Below the pieces are notes generated by a model. The model saw only the letters and a list, made by a program, of their open reading frames with translations, was not told where the DNA came from and did not search any database. Positions 13,905-28,580 of a DNA stretch of 64,000 nt are shown piece by piece; position 1 is the first letter of the stretch; each line of letters begins with the position of its first letter. The stretch lies in the NCBI RefSeq assembly GCF_009914755.1, contig NC_060937.1; one strand, written 5' to 3'. Both the position numbers and the translations under genes were made by a program. This DNA comes from the human T2T-CHM13v2.0 reference genome, Homo sapiens.

Positions 13905-16900
13905 ATGCTTGAATTTCAACAGTGGATTGATCAACCAGGCAGAAAATATTGGACTTGAACCACACTTTAGACTAAATAGACTTAACACACACATATATAT
14001 ATATATATATAAAATATTTAATCTAATAGCAGCAGAATACACATTCTTCTCTAATGCATATGAAATATTCTTCAACATAGTTCATATATTAGGCCACAAA
14101 ACAAGTCTTAACATATTTAAGAAAATCGGAATCATATCATGCATTGTTTTCAACCACAATGTTATAAAACTAGAAATTAATAACAGGAGAAATTTTGGAA
14201 AATTAACAACTATGTGGAAATTAAACAACAGGTACACAAACAACCAATGGGTCAAAGGAGAAATCAAAAGAGAAATAAAAAATGTTTTGAGACAAATGAC
14301 AATGAAAACAAAATATGCCAAAACCTGTGAGATATAGCAAAAGGAATTTTAAGAGGGAAATTTACAGCAATACCCTTTAAAAACTTAAAAAAGAAGAAAG
14401 ATCTCAAGTAGCCCAATATCACACATTCAAGAACTTAGTAAAGAAAAACAAAGTAAAGCCAAAGTTAGCAGAAGGAGGGAAATAACAAAGATCAGAACAG
14501 AAATAAATAAAAAATAGAAAAACTTTAGGGCAAAAAAATCAATAAAACTAAAATTGTTTTTCTAAATAAACAAAATGACAAATCATAAGCTAGACTAAGT
14601 AAAACCGAGAGGAGACTAAAACAAATAAAACAGAAAATGTAAGTGGAGACATTGCAATGGATGCCTAAGAAATAAAAATGATCATAAGGGACTATCACAA
14701 ACAGTTACATGACAACAAATTGAATAAACTAGATAAAATTAATAAATTCTTAGAAAACTACAAACTCATTGAGATTGCCTCAGGAAGAAATAGAAAGCCT
14801 GAAGAGACCAACAACAAACACAGACATTGCACTGGTCATTAGAAACCTCTCAACAAAGAAAAGCACATGACCAGAAACTTTTACCACTAAATTTCACCAA
14901 ACATTCAGAAAAGAATTGATACCAATCCTTTTTAAACTCTTCTAAAACACAGAGCTAGAGAAAATAATTCTAACCACATTTGATGAGGCCAGCATTGCAT
15001 TAATACAACACCAAAGCCAGACAAAGACATTGCAAGATATGAAAATTATAGGCCAGTATTTCCGATGAACATAGGTGCAAATATCCTCAATAAAGTACTA
15101 GCAAACCAAATTCAACAATACGTCAAAATGATTCTACAGTATGACCAAGTGGAATTTATCCCAGGCATGCAGAGCTGATTTAACATATACAAATAAACAA
15201 TGTGATACATCACGTTAACAAAATGAAAGAGAAAAATTACATGATAATCTAAATGCAGGGAAGGCATTTGATAAAGTGCAGCACTGTTTCTTTACAAAAA
15301 CGATCAATATTTAGGTACAGAAGGAAATGTTCCCAACATAATAAAGACCACTTACGAAAATCTTACAGCTAACATCAAAATCAATGAGGAAAAACTAAAA
15401 GCTTTTCTTCTACAATCCAGTACAAGGCAAGGACGCCCACTCTCATCACTTTTATTCAACACAGTACTGGAAGTACAAGCAAGAGCCATCAAACAAATAA
15501 ACAAACAAAAAAGAAGGCGAACAAATATAAAATTATCTTTACTTGCTGATGACATAATTCCATATATAGAAAACTCCAGGCTGGGCACAGTGGTTCATGC
15601 CTGTAATCCAACAACTTTGGGAGGCCAAGGCAGGCAGATCACAAGGTCAAGAGATCAAGACCATCCTGGCCAACATGGTGAAACCCTATCTCTACTAAAA
15701 ATACAAAAATGAGCTGGGCATGGTGGTGTGCACCTGTAGTCCCAGCTATTTGGGAGGCTGAGGCAGGAGAATTGCTTGAACCCGGGAGGCAGAGGCTGCA
15801 GTGAGCAAGATGGCGCCACTGCACTCCAGCCTGGTAACAGAGTGAGACTCCATAAAAAAAAAAAAAAAGAAAAAGAAAAAAAAAAAGGAAAACTGCAAAC
15901 AGTTAATAGCAAAACTGTTAGAACCAACAAGTAAATTCAGTAAAGTTGCAGGATCAACTTACAAAAATTAATTGCATTTTTTTGCATAAATAAGGACTTA
16001 CTCAAAAAATAAAAATAAAGCAAATTCATTTACAATAGATGAAAAATACTTATAATTTAACTGAACTGAAAAATCTATAAATCTATACACTGAAAACTAT
16101 ACAGTTAGAATGAAGATAATTGAAGACACAAATAAATAAAATTTCCCATGTTTACGAATTGAAAAAAAGATGTTAAATTGTTTATAGTACCCAAAGCAAT
16201 AACAAAATTCAATTCAATTCTCACCAAAATTACAACAGCATTCTTTGTAATAATAGTAAAGAAAATCTAAAATTTCTGTGGAACCACAAAAGACCCTGAT
16301 AGACAGAGAGATTCTGAGGAAAATAAAACAAAATTGTGGGCATCACACTTTCTGATTTCAAATTATGTTACAAAGCTATTGTAATCAAAAGAGTATTTTG
16401 CTGGCATAAAAATAGGCACAAAGACCAATGGAATAGAATACTGAGCCCAGACATAAACTGAAGCAAATATGAACAACTAATGATTGACAATTAGAAGACA
16501 CAATGAAGAAAGGAGAGTCTCTCTTGAATAAATGACACTGAGAAAAATGGATTTATATATGCAAAACAATTAAATTGGACCCATATCTTACATCATATAC
16601 AAAAATCAAATCGAATTTAATAGAAGACCTAACTGTAAGACCTGAAGCTATACAACTCTTAGAAGAAAATACAGGAGAAAAGTTCTTTGACATTGGCCTT
16701 GGCAATGATTTTTTAGATATTGCACCAACAGCTCATACTACAAAGCCAAAAATAAATGAATGAGACTTCATCAAACTAAGGAGGCTTCTGGACAACAAAG
16801 CAAACAATCATCAGAGTGAAAAGGCAGCTTACAGATTGCAAGAAAATTCTTGCAAACAATATATTTGATAAAGAGTTAAAATTATAAGGAACTCTTATGG

Positions 16901-17935
16901 CTCAGTAAAGAAAAAACACAGTACACCAACTTTTAAGATGTGCAAAGAATTTGAATGGACATTTCTCCAAAGACATATAATTGGCTCACAGGTATATAAA
17001 AAGATGTTCAATATCACTAATCACCAGGGAAATGCAAGTCATAACCACAGTCACATATCACCTCATACCTGTGAAGGAAAGCTATTATCAAAAACACAAA
17101 ATAAGTGTTGGCAAGCATATGGAGAAATTGGAACTCTACAAAGTTGGTGGAAATGTGAAATGGTGCCGTTATTATAGAAACAGCATTGAATTTCCTCTAA
17201 AAGTACAAATCAAACTGCTATATGATTCAGCAGTCCACTTCTGGGTATATACCCAAAGGAAATGAAATCACCACCTCCTGAAGATATTTGCAGTCCCCTG
17301 TTTATTGCAGCACTATTTGCATTAGCCAAGCTATGGAAACAACTGACTAAAAGTGTCTGTTGATGGATGAATGCACAAAGAAACTGTGGTACATATATGC
17401 AAAGGAATATTACTCTGCCTGAAAAAGGACAGCATGCCATTTAAAAAAAAAATACAGATGAATCTGGAAGACATGTTAAATGAGACACAGAAAGAAAAAT
17501 AATGCATGATCTCACTTATAAGTGGAATGTTTTTTAAAAAAGAAAAAGATAAAAAGGAGAAATTCATAGAGATAGAAAATGAAATGTTGGTTATTGGGGT
17601 GGGAAAATGAAAGATGAAATGAGGATATTTTTGCTCAAGGGTAAAAAGTTTCAGATATGTAGGATAAATAACCTTAGGAATCTAATGTACAACGTGAATA
17701 CTATAGTTAATAATATTGATTGTATTCCAAATTTTTGCTGAAAGAGTAGATATTTTGTGCTCTTGACACAAAAAGAAGTGAGGTAACTGTATGACATAAT
17801 GGCCATATTAATTTTCATAACTACAGGAATCATTTCACTATGTAGATGCATATTTTAAAAACATTTTATTTCACTATGTATATGCATATTTATAAACATG
17901 TTTTTCACTTTAAATATATAATAAAACATAAAAAT
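13905..17935 (+). mobile_element. L1MA-type element, 5'-truncated (~3.7 kb of ORF2 plus 3'UTR), disabled
   Basis: ORF remnants match L1 ORF2p (AEYTFFSNAYEIF..HILGHKTSLN; MDPYLTSYTKIKS; YIKRCSISLITREMQ); L1MA-type 3'UTR (CTAATGTACAACGTG, TTGCTGAAAGAGTAGAT). Confidence 0.88.
15579..15886 (+). mobile_element. AluSc-like inserted in L1 ORF2
   Basis: GATCACAAGGTCAAGAGATCAAGACCATCCTGGCCAAC; TSD-like GAAAACTCCA / GAAAACTGCA. Confidence 0.88.
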
Positions 17936-18019
17936 CTTAATATTCTATGGAAATAAAAAATACAGTAGTTATATTTTGCTAGTACTTTACACACTTTCTC
18001 CCTATATGAGCTCATTTGA

Positions 18020-18180
18020 TCCTGACTATAGCTGTGGTAGGGAGATTTTATTTTTCTCATTATATAACTGAAAAACCTGAAGCTCATAAACATTAAATTA
18101 ATTTGACCAAAATCATACAGCTAGTAAGTTACACAACGGGCACTTGAATTTGGTTTTCTGACTATAAAATATATACTCCC
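18020..18180. mobile_element. MIR fragment
   Basis: GAAAAACCTGAAGCTCA...TTAAATTAATTTGACCAAAATCATACAGCTAGTAAGT core. Confidence 0.65.
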
Positions 18181-18666
18181 TTTTTTTCCATTATACAATG
18201 ATGCATCTCTTCCTACCTAATTCATTCAACTTCTCTGCAAAATACTCTGATTAAAAACCAACCAACCAGACAAACAAACAAACAAAAACAAAAACAAACC
18301 TCCTGGCATTATTTGTCAATTTGTCATTGTATCCTCAAAATCAATGGCAAAATACTTTCAAATAGAATGTCAACAGTTTTGAAATAAATGGTTTACATTT
18401 CAGACAAACTGATAATATTTTTCATGACATTTTAAAAACATGACTAGAATATATGGCCACAATATTTACATGGGCTTTTAATCAATTGAATAAACATACA
18501 ATAGGAGATATAAGTTTTTGTTCTAAAAAGTTTTTGGTATACTGATACAATGGGCTAAGATTTCACAGAAATAACGTCAAGGTATTATGCTTTGTTCCGA
18601 AACAGCAATCACTGAAAAAAAGGAGGTAAAATAATGTGTGATAATTGTTTAAGAATGTTATTTCCT

Positions 18667-18691
18667 ATATGTGTGCGTGTATGTGTGTGTG

Positions 18692-18723
<32 letters not shown>

Positions 18724-18731
18724 TACATATA
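18667..18731. repeat. (TG)n-(TA)n-(CA)n compound microsatellite
   Basis: Seen directly. Confidence 0.9.
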
Positions 18732-18769
18732 ATAGTTTATTCTAGGTAAGAGAGCTGAAACAAAAAGAC

Positions 18770-18948
18770 AGGACATCATCTTGTTCAGCCTCAAATGCAA
18801 ACCTGAATATTGGATGATGCAAATTTTCACTTCTCTGCTCAAGTCCATAAATGACATGAAGTGAAAGCACCATGAGTATTGACTTTGGGGTCACAAATAC
18901 ACTTTAAATAGCAAATATGGAATTTCCCAATAATTAGGATTAGCTGTA
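18770..18948. mobile_element. Tigger4 (Zombi)-like DNA transposon end
   Basis: TTGACTTTGGGGTCACAAATAC...GCAAATATGGAAT...AATAATTAGGATTAGCTGTA resembles the recalled Tigger4 terminus ending in TA. Confidence 0.55.
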
Positions 18949-19747
18949 CATGTACAAATAATTTTTAAATTCTAATTTCCTTTAAAAATGTTATGTTGAT
19001 AATGTAGGATTTATGAAAGCAAATATGTTCATAGTTACCTTTCTTTTTGACTATTTGAGTATCTAAAAGCTAGTGATTACTTTCTTGATAATTGGGCAGA
19101 TTTGGTGAGCTTATGAAGTTTTGGAGCCTGATTCAAGTTACTTATTTTTCCCCGGAAGAAATGTTCATGAATATACTAGCTTGTATATAATTTCAGGTAG
19201 TTCACGGAGAATTAAGCAACATAAATCACACCATTGTATGTTTCCTTGTCCTACAAAACTGAATTCAGTTCTAGTAAGCAATTCTAAAAGGCCATAAAAT
19301 TACAAAGTGAGATAAAACAAAACTAAAATGAAAACCAAGAGCTATATAGCATGGTTCAAAGACACAGAGATGGTAAAACTAAGGATTTTTGATAGTAGTC
19401 TACATTTATACTAAAGGCATATGGAAGGCACTTTATTAAATTTTTTTGGTAAGGATTCAGAGGCTAGAACACGAATTAATGGAGGAAAGCTACAAGAGAC
19501 TCAAGAGTAACCTTTTGTCCAACCGAATTGTTCAAACATCAGCAAACTTCCTGAGAATATAGGTTGGATACTTGTCCCTGTAGATCTAATCAAATTAAGA
19601 ATGATTATTTGTGGATATAATAAAGATATTCAAATATTATATAGTATTTAGATGGGCTACTTGAAGATAAATATGTAGAATGTAAAATTCCAAACTTTAT
19701 GAATATTCAATTTTATTCTTTTCTTTAAGTCAAATACTAATGAGTAA

Positions 19748-20063
<316 letters not shown>

Positions 20064-20609
20064 CAGAAATCTTTCTTAAGGAAAAAGAACTCTTGCCCAT
20101 ATTAAAATGAAAACTGTTTTTAAAAACAGTTTATATTGTATGTTTCATTTGAGTAGAAGCTTATTTAGAGGTATAACATTTCTAAGCATAGTTCAAGTAA
20201 AAACTCCTTTTTAATATAAAAAGTTTCATCTAAGTAAACTCTTCTTGTTTTTTAAATGTAAGTGATTTTAAACACCTTATATTTACTAATAGTGGGTCCG
20301 GAATTGGTGGGTTCTTGGTCTCGCTGACTTCAAGAATGAAGCCACGGACCCTCGCGGTGAGTGTTACAGTTCTTAAAGACCGTGTCTCCAGAGTTTGTTC
20401 CTTTAGATATTCAGATGCGTCCAGAGTTTCTTCCTTCTGGTGGGTTCGTGGTCTCACTGACTTCAGGAGTGAAGCTACAGACCTTCACAGTGAGTGTTAC
20501 AGCTCATGAAGGCCGTGCAAACCCAGAGTGAGCAGCAGCAAGATTCGCTACGAAGAGCAAAAAAACAAAACTTCCACAACATGGAAAGCAACCCAAGCCG
20601 GTTGCCACT

Positions 20610-21310
20610 GCTTTTATTCCCTTATCTGGCCCCACCTACATCCTGCTGATTGGTCCATTTTACAGAGAGCTGTTTGGTCCATTTTACAGAGACCTGATTG
20701 GTCCGTTTTGACAGGGTGCTGATTGGTGCATTTACAATCCCTGAGCTAGACACAGAGTGTTGATTGGTGCATTTACAATCCTCTAGCCAGACACAAAAGT
20801 TTGCCAAGTCCCCACTAGATTAGCTAGACACAGAGCACTGATTGGTGCTTTTACAAACCTTTAGCTAGACACAGAGTGCTGATTGGTGCATTTACAATCC
20901 TTTAGCTAGACCCAAAAGTTCTCCAAGTCCCCTCTAGATTAGCTAGACACAGAGCACTGATTGGTGCATTTACAAACCTTGAGCTAGACACAAGGTACTG
21001 ACTGGTGTGTTTACGAACCTTGAGCTAGACACAGAGTGCTGAGTGGTGCATTTACAATCCTTTAGCTAGACATAAAAGTTCTCCAAGTCCCCACCAGACT
21101 AGCTAGATACAGAGTGCTGATTGGTGCATCCACAAACCCCGACCTAGATACAGAGTGCTGATTAGTGCATTTGCAATCCTCCAGCTAGGCATAAAAGTTC
21201 TTCAAGTCCCCACCAGATTAGCTAGATACAGAGTGCTGATTGGTGCATCCACAAACCCGGAGCTAGACACAGAGTGCTGATTGGAGCATATACAATCCTC
21301 CAGCTATTCA
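20610..21310 (-). promoter_or_regulatory. LTR12 U3 tandem enhancer array with ~10 intact CCAAT (NF-Y) boxes and AATAAAA TATA-like box; promoter faces leftward
   Basis: Repeated ~40-bp GCTGATTGGTGCATTTACAA...AGCTAGACACAGAGT units; CTTTTATTCCC at 20611-20621. Confidence 0.75.
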
Positions 21311-21349
21311 TAAATGTTCTCCAAGGCCCCACCCGACTCAGGAGCCCAG

Positions 21350-21980
21350 CTGGATTTGCCTAGTGGATCCTGCACGGGGATCGCGGGCGGAGCTTCCTGC
21401 TGGGATCCCGGGCGGAGCTTCCCGCCAGTCCCGCGCCGCGAGCCCGCACTCCTCAGCCCTTGGGCGGTCAATGGGGCGCGGCGCTGTGAAGCAGGGGGCG
21501 GCGCCTGTCAGGGAGGCTCCGGCGGCGCCGGAGGGAGTGGGGGTTTGCTCAGGCATGCCGGGCTGCAGGTCCCAAGCCCGTCCCGCTGGGAAGCGGCTGA
21601 GGCCTGGCAAGAATTAGAGCGCTGCGCCGGCAGGCCGGAAGTGCTGGCGGACCCAGCGCACCCTCCGCAGCTGCTGGCCCAGGTGCTAAGCTTCTCACTG
21701 CCTGGGGCCAGCATTGTCAGCTGCCTGCTCGGAATGCGGGGCCAGCCGAGCCCGCACCCACCGGGAACTCGTGCTGGCCAGCGAGCGCCAGCGCGCGGCC
21801 CAGGTTCCACCCGCGCCTCTCTCTCCAAACCTCCCGGCAAGCAGAGGGAGCCGGCTCCGGCCTCAGCCAGCCCAGAGAGGGGCTTCCACAGTGCAGCGGT
21901 CAGCTGAAGGGCTCCTGAAGAGGGGCCAGAGTGGACACCGCAGCCTGAGGAGGTGCAGAGGGAGCGAGGGCTGCTAGCAC
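21350..21980. promoter_or_regulatory. GC/CpG-rich segment of LTR12 (only CpG-island-like stretch in the window)
   Basis: Many retained CpGs and GC boxes against a strongly AT-rich background. Confidence 0.7.
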
Positions 21981-23046
21981 GTTGTCACCTCTCAATAGCA
22001 AGACCAAAGCTTACAGATGTCCATTATGTAAATAGGTAAGAAATATCTGGTTCTTTTCTTTGTTGATAAGCTTCTCAGCATTTTTTTGTGTTTTAAAAGT
22101 ATTTTGTAGTTTATTTGCTATATGGAATCAACTTTAATTTTCTTACTTCTTATTCAGGCTTTTTTATAAGTCACTATATGAAAAAAGTCTTAAAATCCTA
22201 GTTTCAGAAAGCAATGTAAGCTCAACAAATGGAGGGTATCTAACTTCTATTGAAAACAGCAGTGATAAATTAACCTGTTTGGGTTGATTTCCTCATTGAT
22301 TGGCAGTTGTAAAATTGGGAGTAAGAAAAGCTCTCTGAGCAACTGTTATGCGGATTGTCAGTCAGCGGAAAAATATCAATGTCCTTTGATAACTTTGTCT
22401 AAATATTTTTCTTAGAAAATAAAATCAGTTTGGCTTAAAGATATTCAAACAATGAAATAAAAAGTTGATTTTAGGCAGTATAAAAATATAGAGTGTAAAA
22501 GTAAAATCATAGTGATTAAAATATATTTCAAAGTTATTTCATATTAATGTTAGGTCATTTCAAGTCTGATAGGATAGGAGTTTGGGAGTATTAAAAATCT
22601 GTTGTATAACTATATAGTAATATTTTATCTATTTTAAAATCCTACCATCCTTTGTTTACACACATATACAAAAAGCTTTCACCATCAGAGGCAACTGTGG
22701 GAAGATTCTTTATAATTTATGTATTGCATTTGTAGAATGAATCCGTTTTAACAAAGTAAAATCATATAAAAACCATTGTGGACTTTTTTCCTTCTATTTC
22801 ATCAGTGGCTGTGTGGAGAGAGGGTGACAGTTTTGCAGAAGTTGTCGTTCAAACTAACAAATGAACATTATATCATTATATAAGTGTGTCTTCTATGTAA
22901 AAGCATCAAGAGAAATTATAATGATACTATATCCTAATACATTCCAGTTGAGATGGAAAGATTAGACATTAGTTACCTCTAAAAAATAAAAAAAAACTTA
23001 TTAATAAAATTTGATGATCGGAAGGAGTACGTTATAATTTCTAGAA

Positions 23047-23179
23047 CAGTGTTTCTCAAACTTGAATAATGTACAGATTTATTTTAAACTATTTTTAAGA
23101 ACCCTCATGTGTATAGATCTATAGATCTTACAGGTGCATAGATCTTTAAAATGCTGCAGTCAAATTCAAGAAAACACTG
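23047..23179. mobile_element. hAT-Charlie (MER5/MER3-type) MITE remnant
   Basis: Terminal inverted ends CAGTGTTTCTCAAACTT ... TTCAAGAAAACACTG. Confidence 0.5.
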
Positions 23180-23720
23180 CTATGTTTATTTCAGCATTTT
23201 TCACAATAGCCAAGATATGGAAACCAAAATGAACATCAGTGAGTAAACAGATAAAGAAAATGTATATATACACACAACTTTTAAAAAATAAATTCTGTCA
23301 TTCCAACAACATGGGTGAACCCGAAAGACATTCTGGTATGTGAAATAAGCCAGGCGCAGAAAGACAAATCCTGAATGACTTTACTCAAAATGTTGAACTC
23401 ATAAAAGCAGAAAATAGAATATGGTGACCAGAGACTAGGTGGGCAGGGAGTAGGGAAAGAGGAGATGCTGGTCAAAAGGCACAAAGTTCTACTAGGTAGA
23501 AAATACATTTTAGAGTACAGCATGATTACCATAATTAACAATATATTTTATATTTCAAAATTGCTACACGTAGATTTCTACCATACTCACCACAAAACAT
23601 AATATGTAGGTGAGGTGATGGATATGTTAATTAGCTTGAAGTTGCTCTTGCTGCAATGTATATGTATATCAATACATCATAATTATGTACAACTATTATT
23701 TTTCAATTAAAATAATGTAT
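23180..23720 (+). mobile_element. L1MA-type 3' end
   Basis: TTCACAATAGCCAAGATATGG; GTGAAATAAGCCAGGCGCAGAAAGACAAAT; GAGGTGATGGATATGTTAATTAGCTTG. Confidence 0.82.
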
Positions 23721-24183
23721 TTAAATACTTTTAAAGATCAAGCAAAGAAACAAAACCAAATAAACAAAATTCAATATCATATCAGTTGATCACATGACAT
23801 CAAAGGGATGAAAACAAACCTCCAATAGATGTATTTAAAATTGTATATCATGTCCATCATTAAATTCTTACCCCGTTGATCTAGAATATGCTCATATTTA
23901 CTTGTAATTATAATACAAAATCAATGGAAACATTTCCATCCAAGTTGCATGCATAGAAAACCTGTGTGTAGGCGCTCACCTAACTTGTAAAACAGATTGA
24001 GAAATCAATAAAGAACAACATGAGGAGAACATTTATATACCTCTGTTGTGAATTTCAACAAGAACTCTCAGACTCTCATATGTTTATAATATAACCTAGG
24101 TATTGATTAAAATTAAAAATAAATCTAATGTTACTCACTAACTATATCCTAAGTTACCTGGTTAGTTCTTCAACATACTTAAG

Positions 24184-25014
24184 TTATTCAGAGTATAATC
24201 TTTTCTTTTTACATAATATTGTTTGCTCTTTCTGGGGGCTGAAATGTGATATATAATAAAGCAGTAAGTACAAAAATGGCGAGTCCTCAGTATGGGGCAC
24301 ATTAGTATTAGTATTTTTTAATGCTTCCTTAAAAATCTTATTAATTATAGTTCTTGTCTTGCAGGGCTTGTTGAAAGTACTCTGTTGGCCCTTTCCTCTG
24401 AATTAGAAATCATATTAGAAACACTTATCGAAATGAGATAAAGGTCAATAAATATGTCCATTTAATGACTAGCAAAGGTAGTTTGGAGAATGTGGTTTTG
24501 AACAGGATAACTAATCCCTCCATCACACTCTAAACTGAACTTATCACTGAACTTCCCAAGGTAATGATGTCTGACTCTACCTACAGAGTCTGTCCTAGTA
24601 GGCACAAAAATAACAGTAATAACAACAAAACCTTCAAAAGCATTGATTTTGTTTTTTTTTAGGTAGACATTTGAAACAGGCTGAAATAATTAAATCATAT
24701 ATGTTCAGGTCCTTTCTTTCAAATTCATCAGTTGCATAACAAGTAATTACTCCTCATATAAGAAAGAAACAAATGCCGCTTGATAAAAATGTGAATGTTA
24801 CCTATAGTCAAAATGGTGAAATTGCTATTTACAAGCCATCAGGAACATAGTAAAAGGAGAAACATGATGTGGTTTCATTTTCTTTGTATTAACATTGTGC
24901 CCCATATTGAGGACTCACCAGTTTTGTACTTATCACTTTATTATATATCACACTTTTAGCCCCCATAAACAGCAAGCAATATTATGTAAAAGAAAAAAAT
25001 TATACTCTGAATAA
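24184..25014. repeat. Inverted repeat: arms 24184-24301 and 24896-25014, ~88% identical, ~590-bp spacer
   Basis: Manual alignment of the left arm to the reverse complement of the right arm gives 13 mismatches plus 1 gap over ~119 bp. Confidence 0.92.
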
Positions 25015-25649
25015 ATAAGCAAGTGGTGAAAAATAAACACTTTCTCAAAAAGCCAGTGACTTATTTGAAACTTATGGTTAATTAAATAAAAATACTAAAC
25101 CCCAAGAAAAACATATAGTTCACTAGATCATGACCTTTTGCAAGGATGATGTATCTGTATTATCAGTACATAACTTTATGTCTGTCAAATTAGCAAGTTT
25201 TGAACATATGCTATTATTGAACATTCTTCATTTATTTTAATTCATTTTTATTTAATTTCCAAAAGAAGCTGTAAAGAACATGCAAGGTTGTACATACTTA
25301 TTTTGTTATGATACAATTGACTTCCACCTAATAGGTATTTACACATATTCCTTATTTTTAAGAATAAAGATACAAAAATTCTCTTGTAAATGATTAGTAT
25401 ATTTAAATCCCAATGGATAAAACAGGACTTTTACTTACCATTTCTCCATTTATTTATTCAAAATAAAATGCATGTCTGTGTTGTGCAAAATTAGAATTAT
25501 ATATTATGGCTACAACAAAATTAACAAGAATTTTTTCTCCCTGTGTGGAGATGATTTTCTAGTGAATGAAATACTTATGTTAAAAATAATATAATGGATA
25601 TTAATCAGAGATATACTAGAGATGGGCAACACCCTATGAAAACACAGAA

Positions 25650-27530
<1,881 letters not shown>

Positions 27531-28217
27531 AAATCAAAGCACAAAACTAATGAATTTCATTCAGAAAGGATAGCATTCCCGAAAAAGGAACTGACAAAGA
27601 GTGGCAAGTACATTTGAGAAGAAGTGTTCTTTTTTGGAAGTATTTCTTTAAAACTAAATTATTGGAGTCTTACTACTGAACGCTGTTGCTTGTCTCTATA
27701 TCAAAAATTTGTTTAATCTTTAATTTGTTGTTAGGACATTCACAGGGGATGAAGTTGGTTAAGATGTGGCTATTACCCTAAATATCTTACAGATGAATGT
27801 AGGAGAAAGATGTGTAAACTATTTGTATACAGTAGAATTAGTGCTATAACAAAGAATTTGCCTGTGCTGTCAACACAGAACATGAATTTTTCAGTAGGTC
27901 TGGGTAGTCAGAGAAGTATTCTCAGAAATAGAAGGCTTGTGGTACATATTGGATACTAAATAGAAGTTAACCATTTTGATAAAGGCATAGTGTTTTTCTA
28001 AAAGCTTTTCTAAAACAAAATATATGGAAGCACAGAGGCATGAAATAACTGTGCTTTCTGATAATTGAAAATACTTCAAAATTAATATAGCAAATTTGGA
28101 AACAGAGGTGGAGGAAAATTCATTCTTGACTGCTAAGCCAAAAAATTTGAAAGGAAACTGAAAGTTATGGGAAAATTACAAACTATTTCCTTCATTGAAT
28201 TATACTGTCCCTACATT

Positions 28218-28580
28218 TATTAGTTATTAATTGCTATTTAAAGTATAACCACAAACTTAACAGCTTAAAATAAAGTACATTTACTATCGTATAGTTTCTG
28301 TGGCCAGGAATCCTGAGACTGTTTAGATGGGTAGGTGTCCTGCTTCAGGCTCTCTCATCAGTTATGATCATTGTTTTGGTCAAGGTTAGGGTTTCAGGCA
28401 GGCTCCGTTGGGAAACTGACTACTGTGGTATACTTGTATAAATCAAGGTAGTCTACTTATCTGAAAGCCCATAATTAAATCACATTTGTAAAGTCCCTTT
28501 GCCATGCAAAGTAACATATTAACAGGCTCCTGAATTAGGACATGGGTATTTTTCCATGAGTCATCTTTCAGCCTACCATA
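28218..28580 (-). mobile_element. Old MaLR LTR (MLT1F/G/H-like)
   Basis: CCACAAACTTAACAGCTTAAAA...AGTTTCTGTGG...AAAGTCCCTTTGCCATG...TCAGCCTACCATA. Confidence 0.65.

Larger units (their letters stand above)
20293..21994 (-). mobile_element. LTR12-family (ERV9) solo LTR, ~1.7 kb
   Basis: Minus strand begins TGAGAGGTGACAACGTGCTAGCAG and ends ...CCACCAATTCCGGACCCA; 4-bp TSD ATAG (20289-20292 / 21995-21998); no internal ERV sequence. Confidence 0.95.

Noticed and set aside
13909-17265. Reverse-transcriptase/endonuclease-like ORFs (also 51916-52636 and 59179-59493)
   Set aside because: Fragments of disabled, truncated L1 ORF2.
17832-17908. ~36-bp tandem duplication at the L1MA tail; similar small AT-rich duplications at ~32113, ~42000 and ~44220
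   Set aside because: Ordinary slippage products in AT-rich DNA.
20640-21310. Regularly spaced ~40-bp repeats, superficially CRISPR-like
   Set aside because: The 'spacers' are themselves repeated; this is the standard LTR12 U3 enhancer array in eukaryotic DNA with no cas genes.
21314-21977. 197-aa ORF and overlapping ORFs on both strands
   Set aside because: They lie in the GC-rich part of LTR12; stop-codon scarcity explains them and no domain is recognisable.
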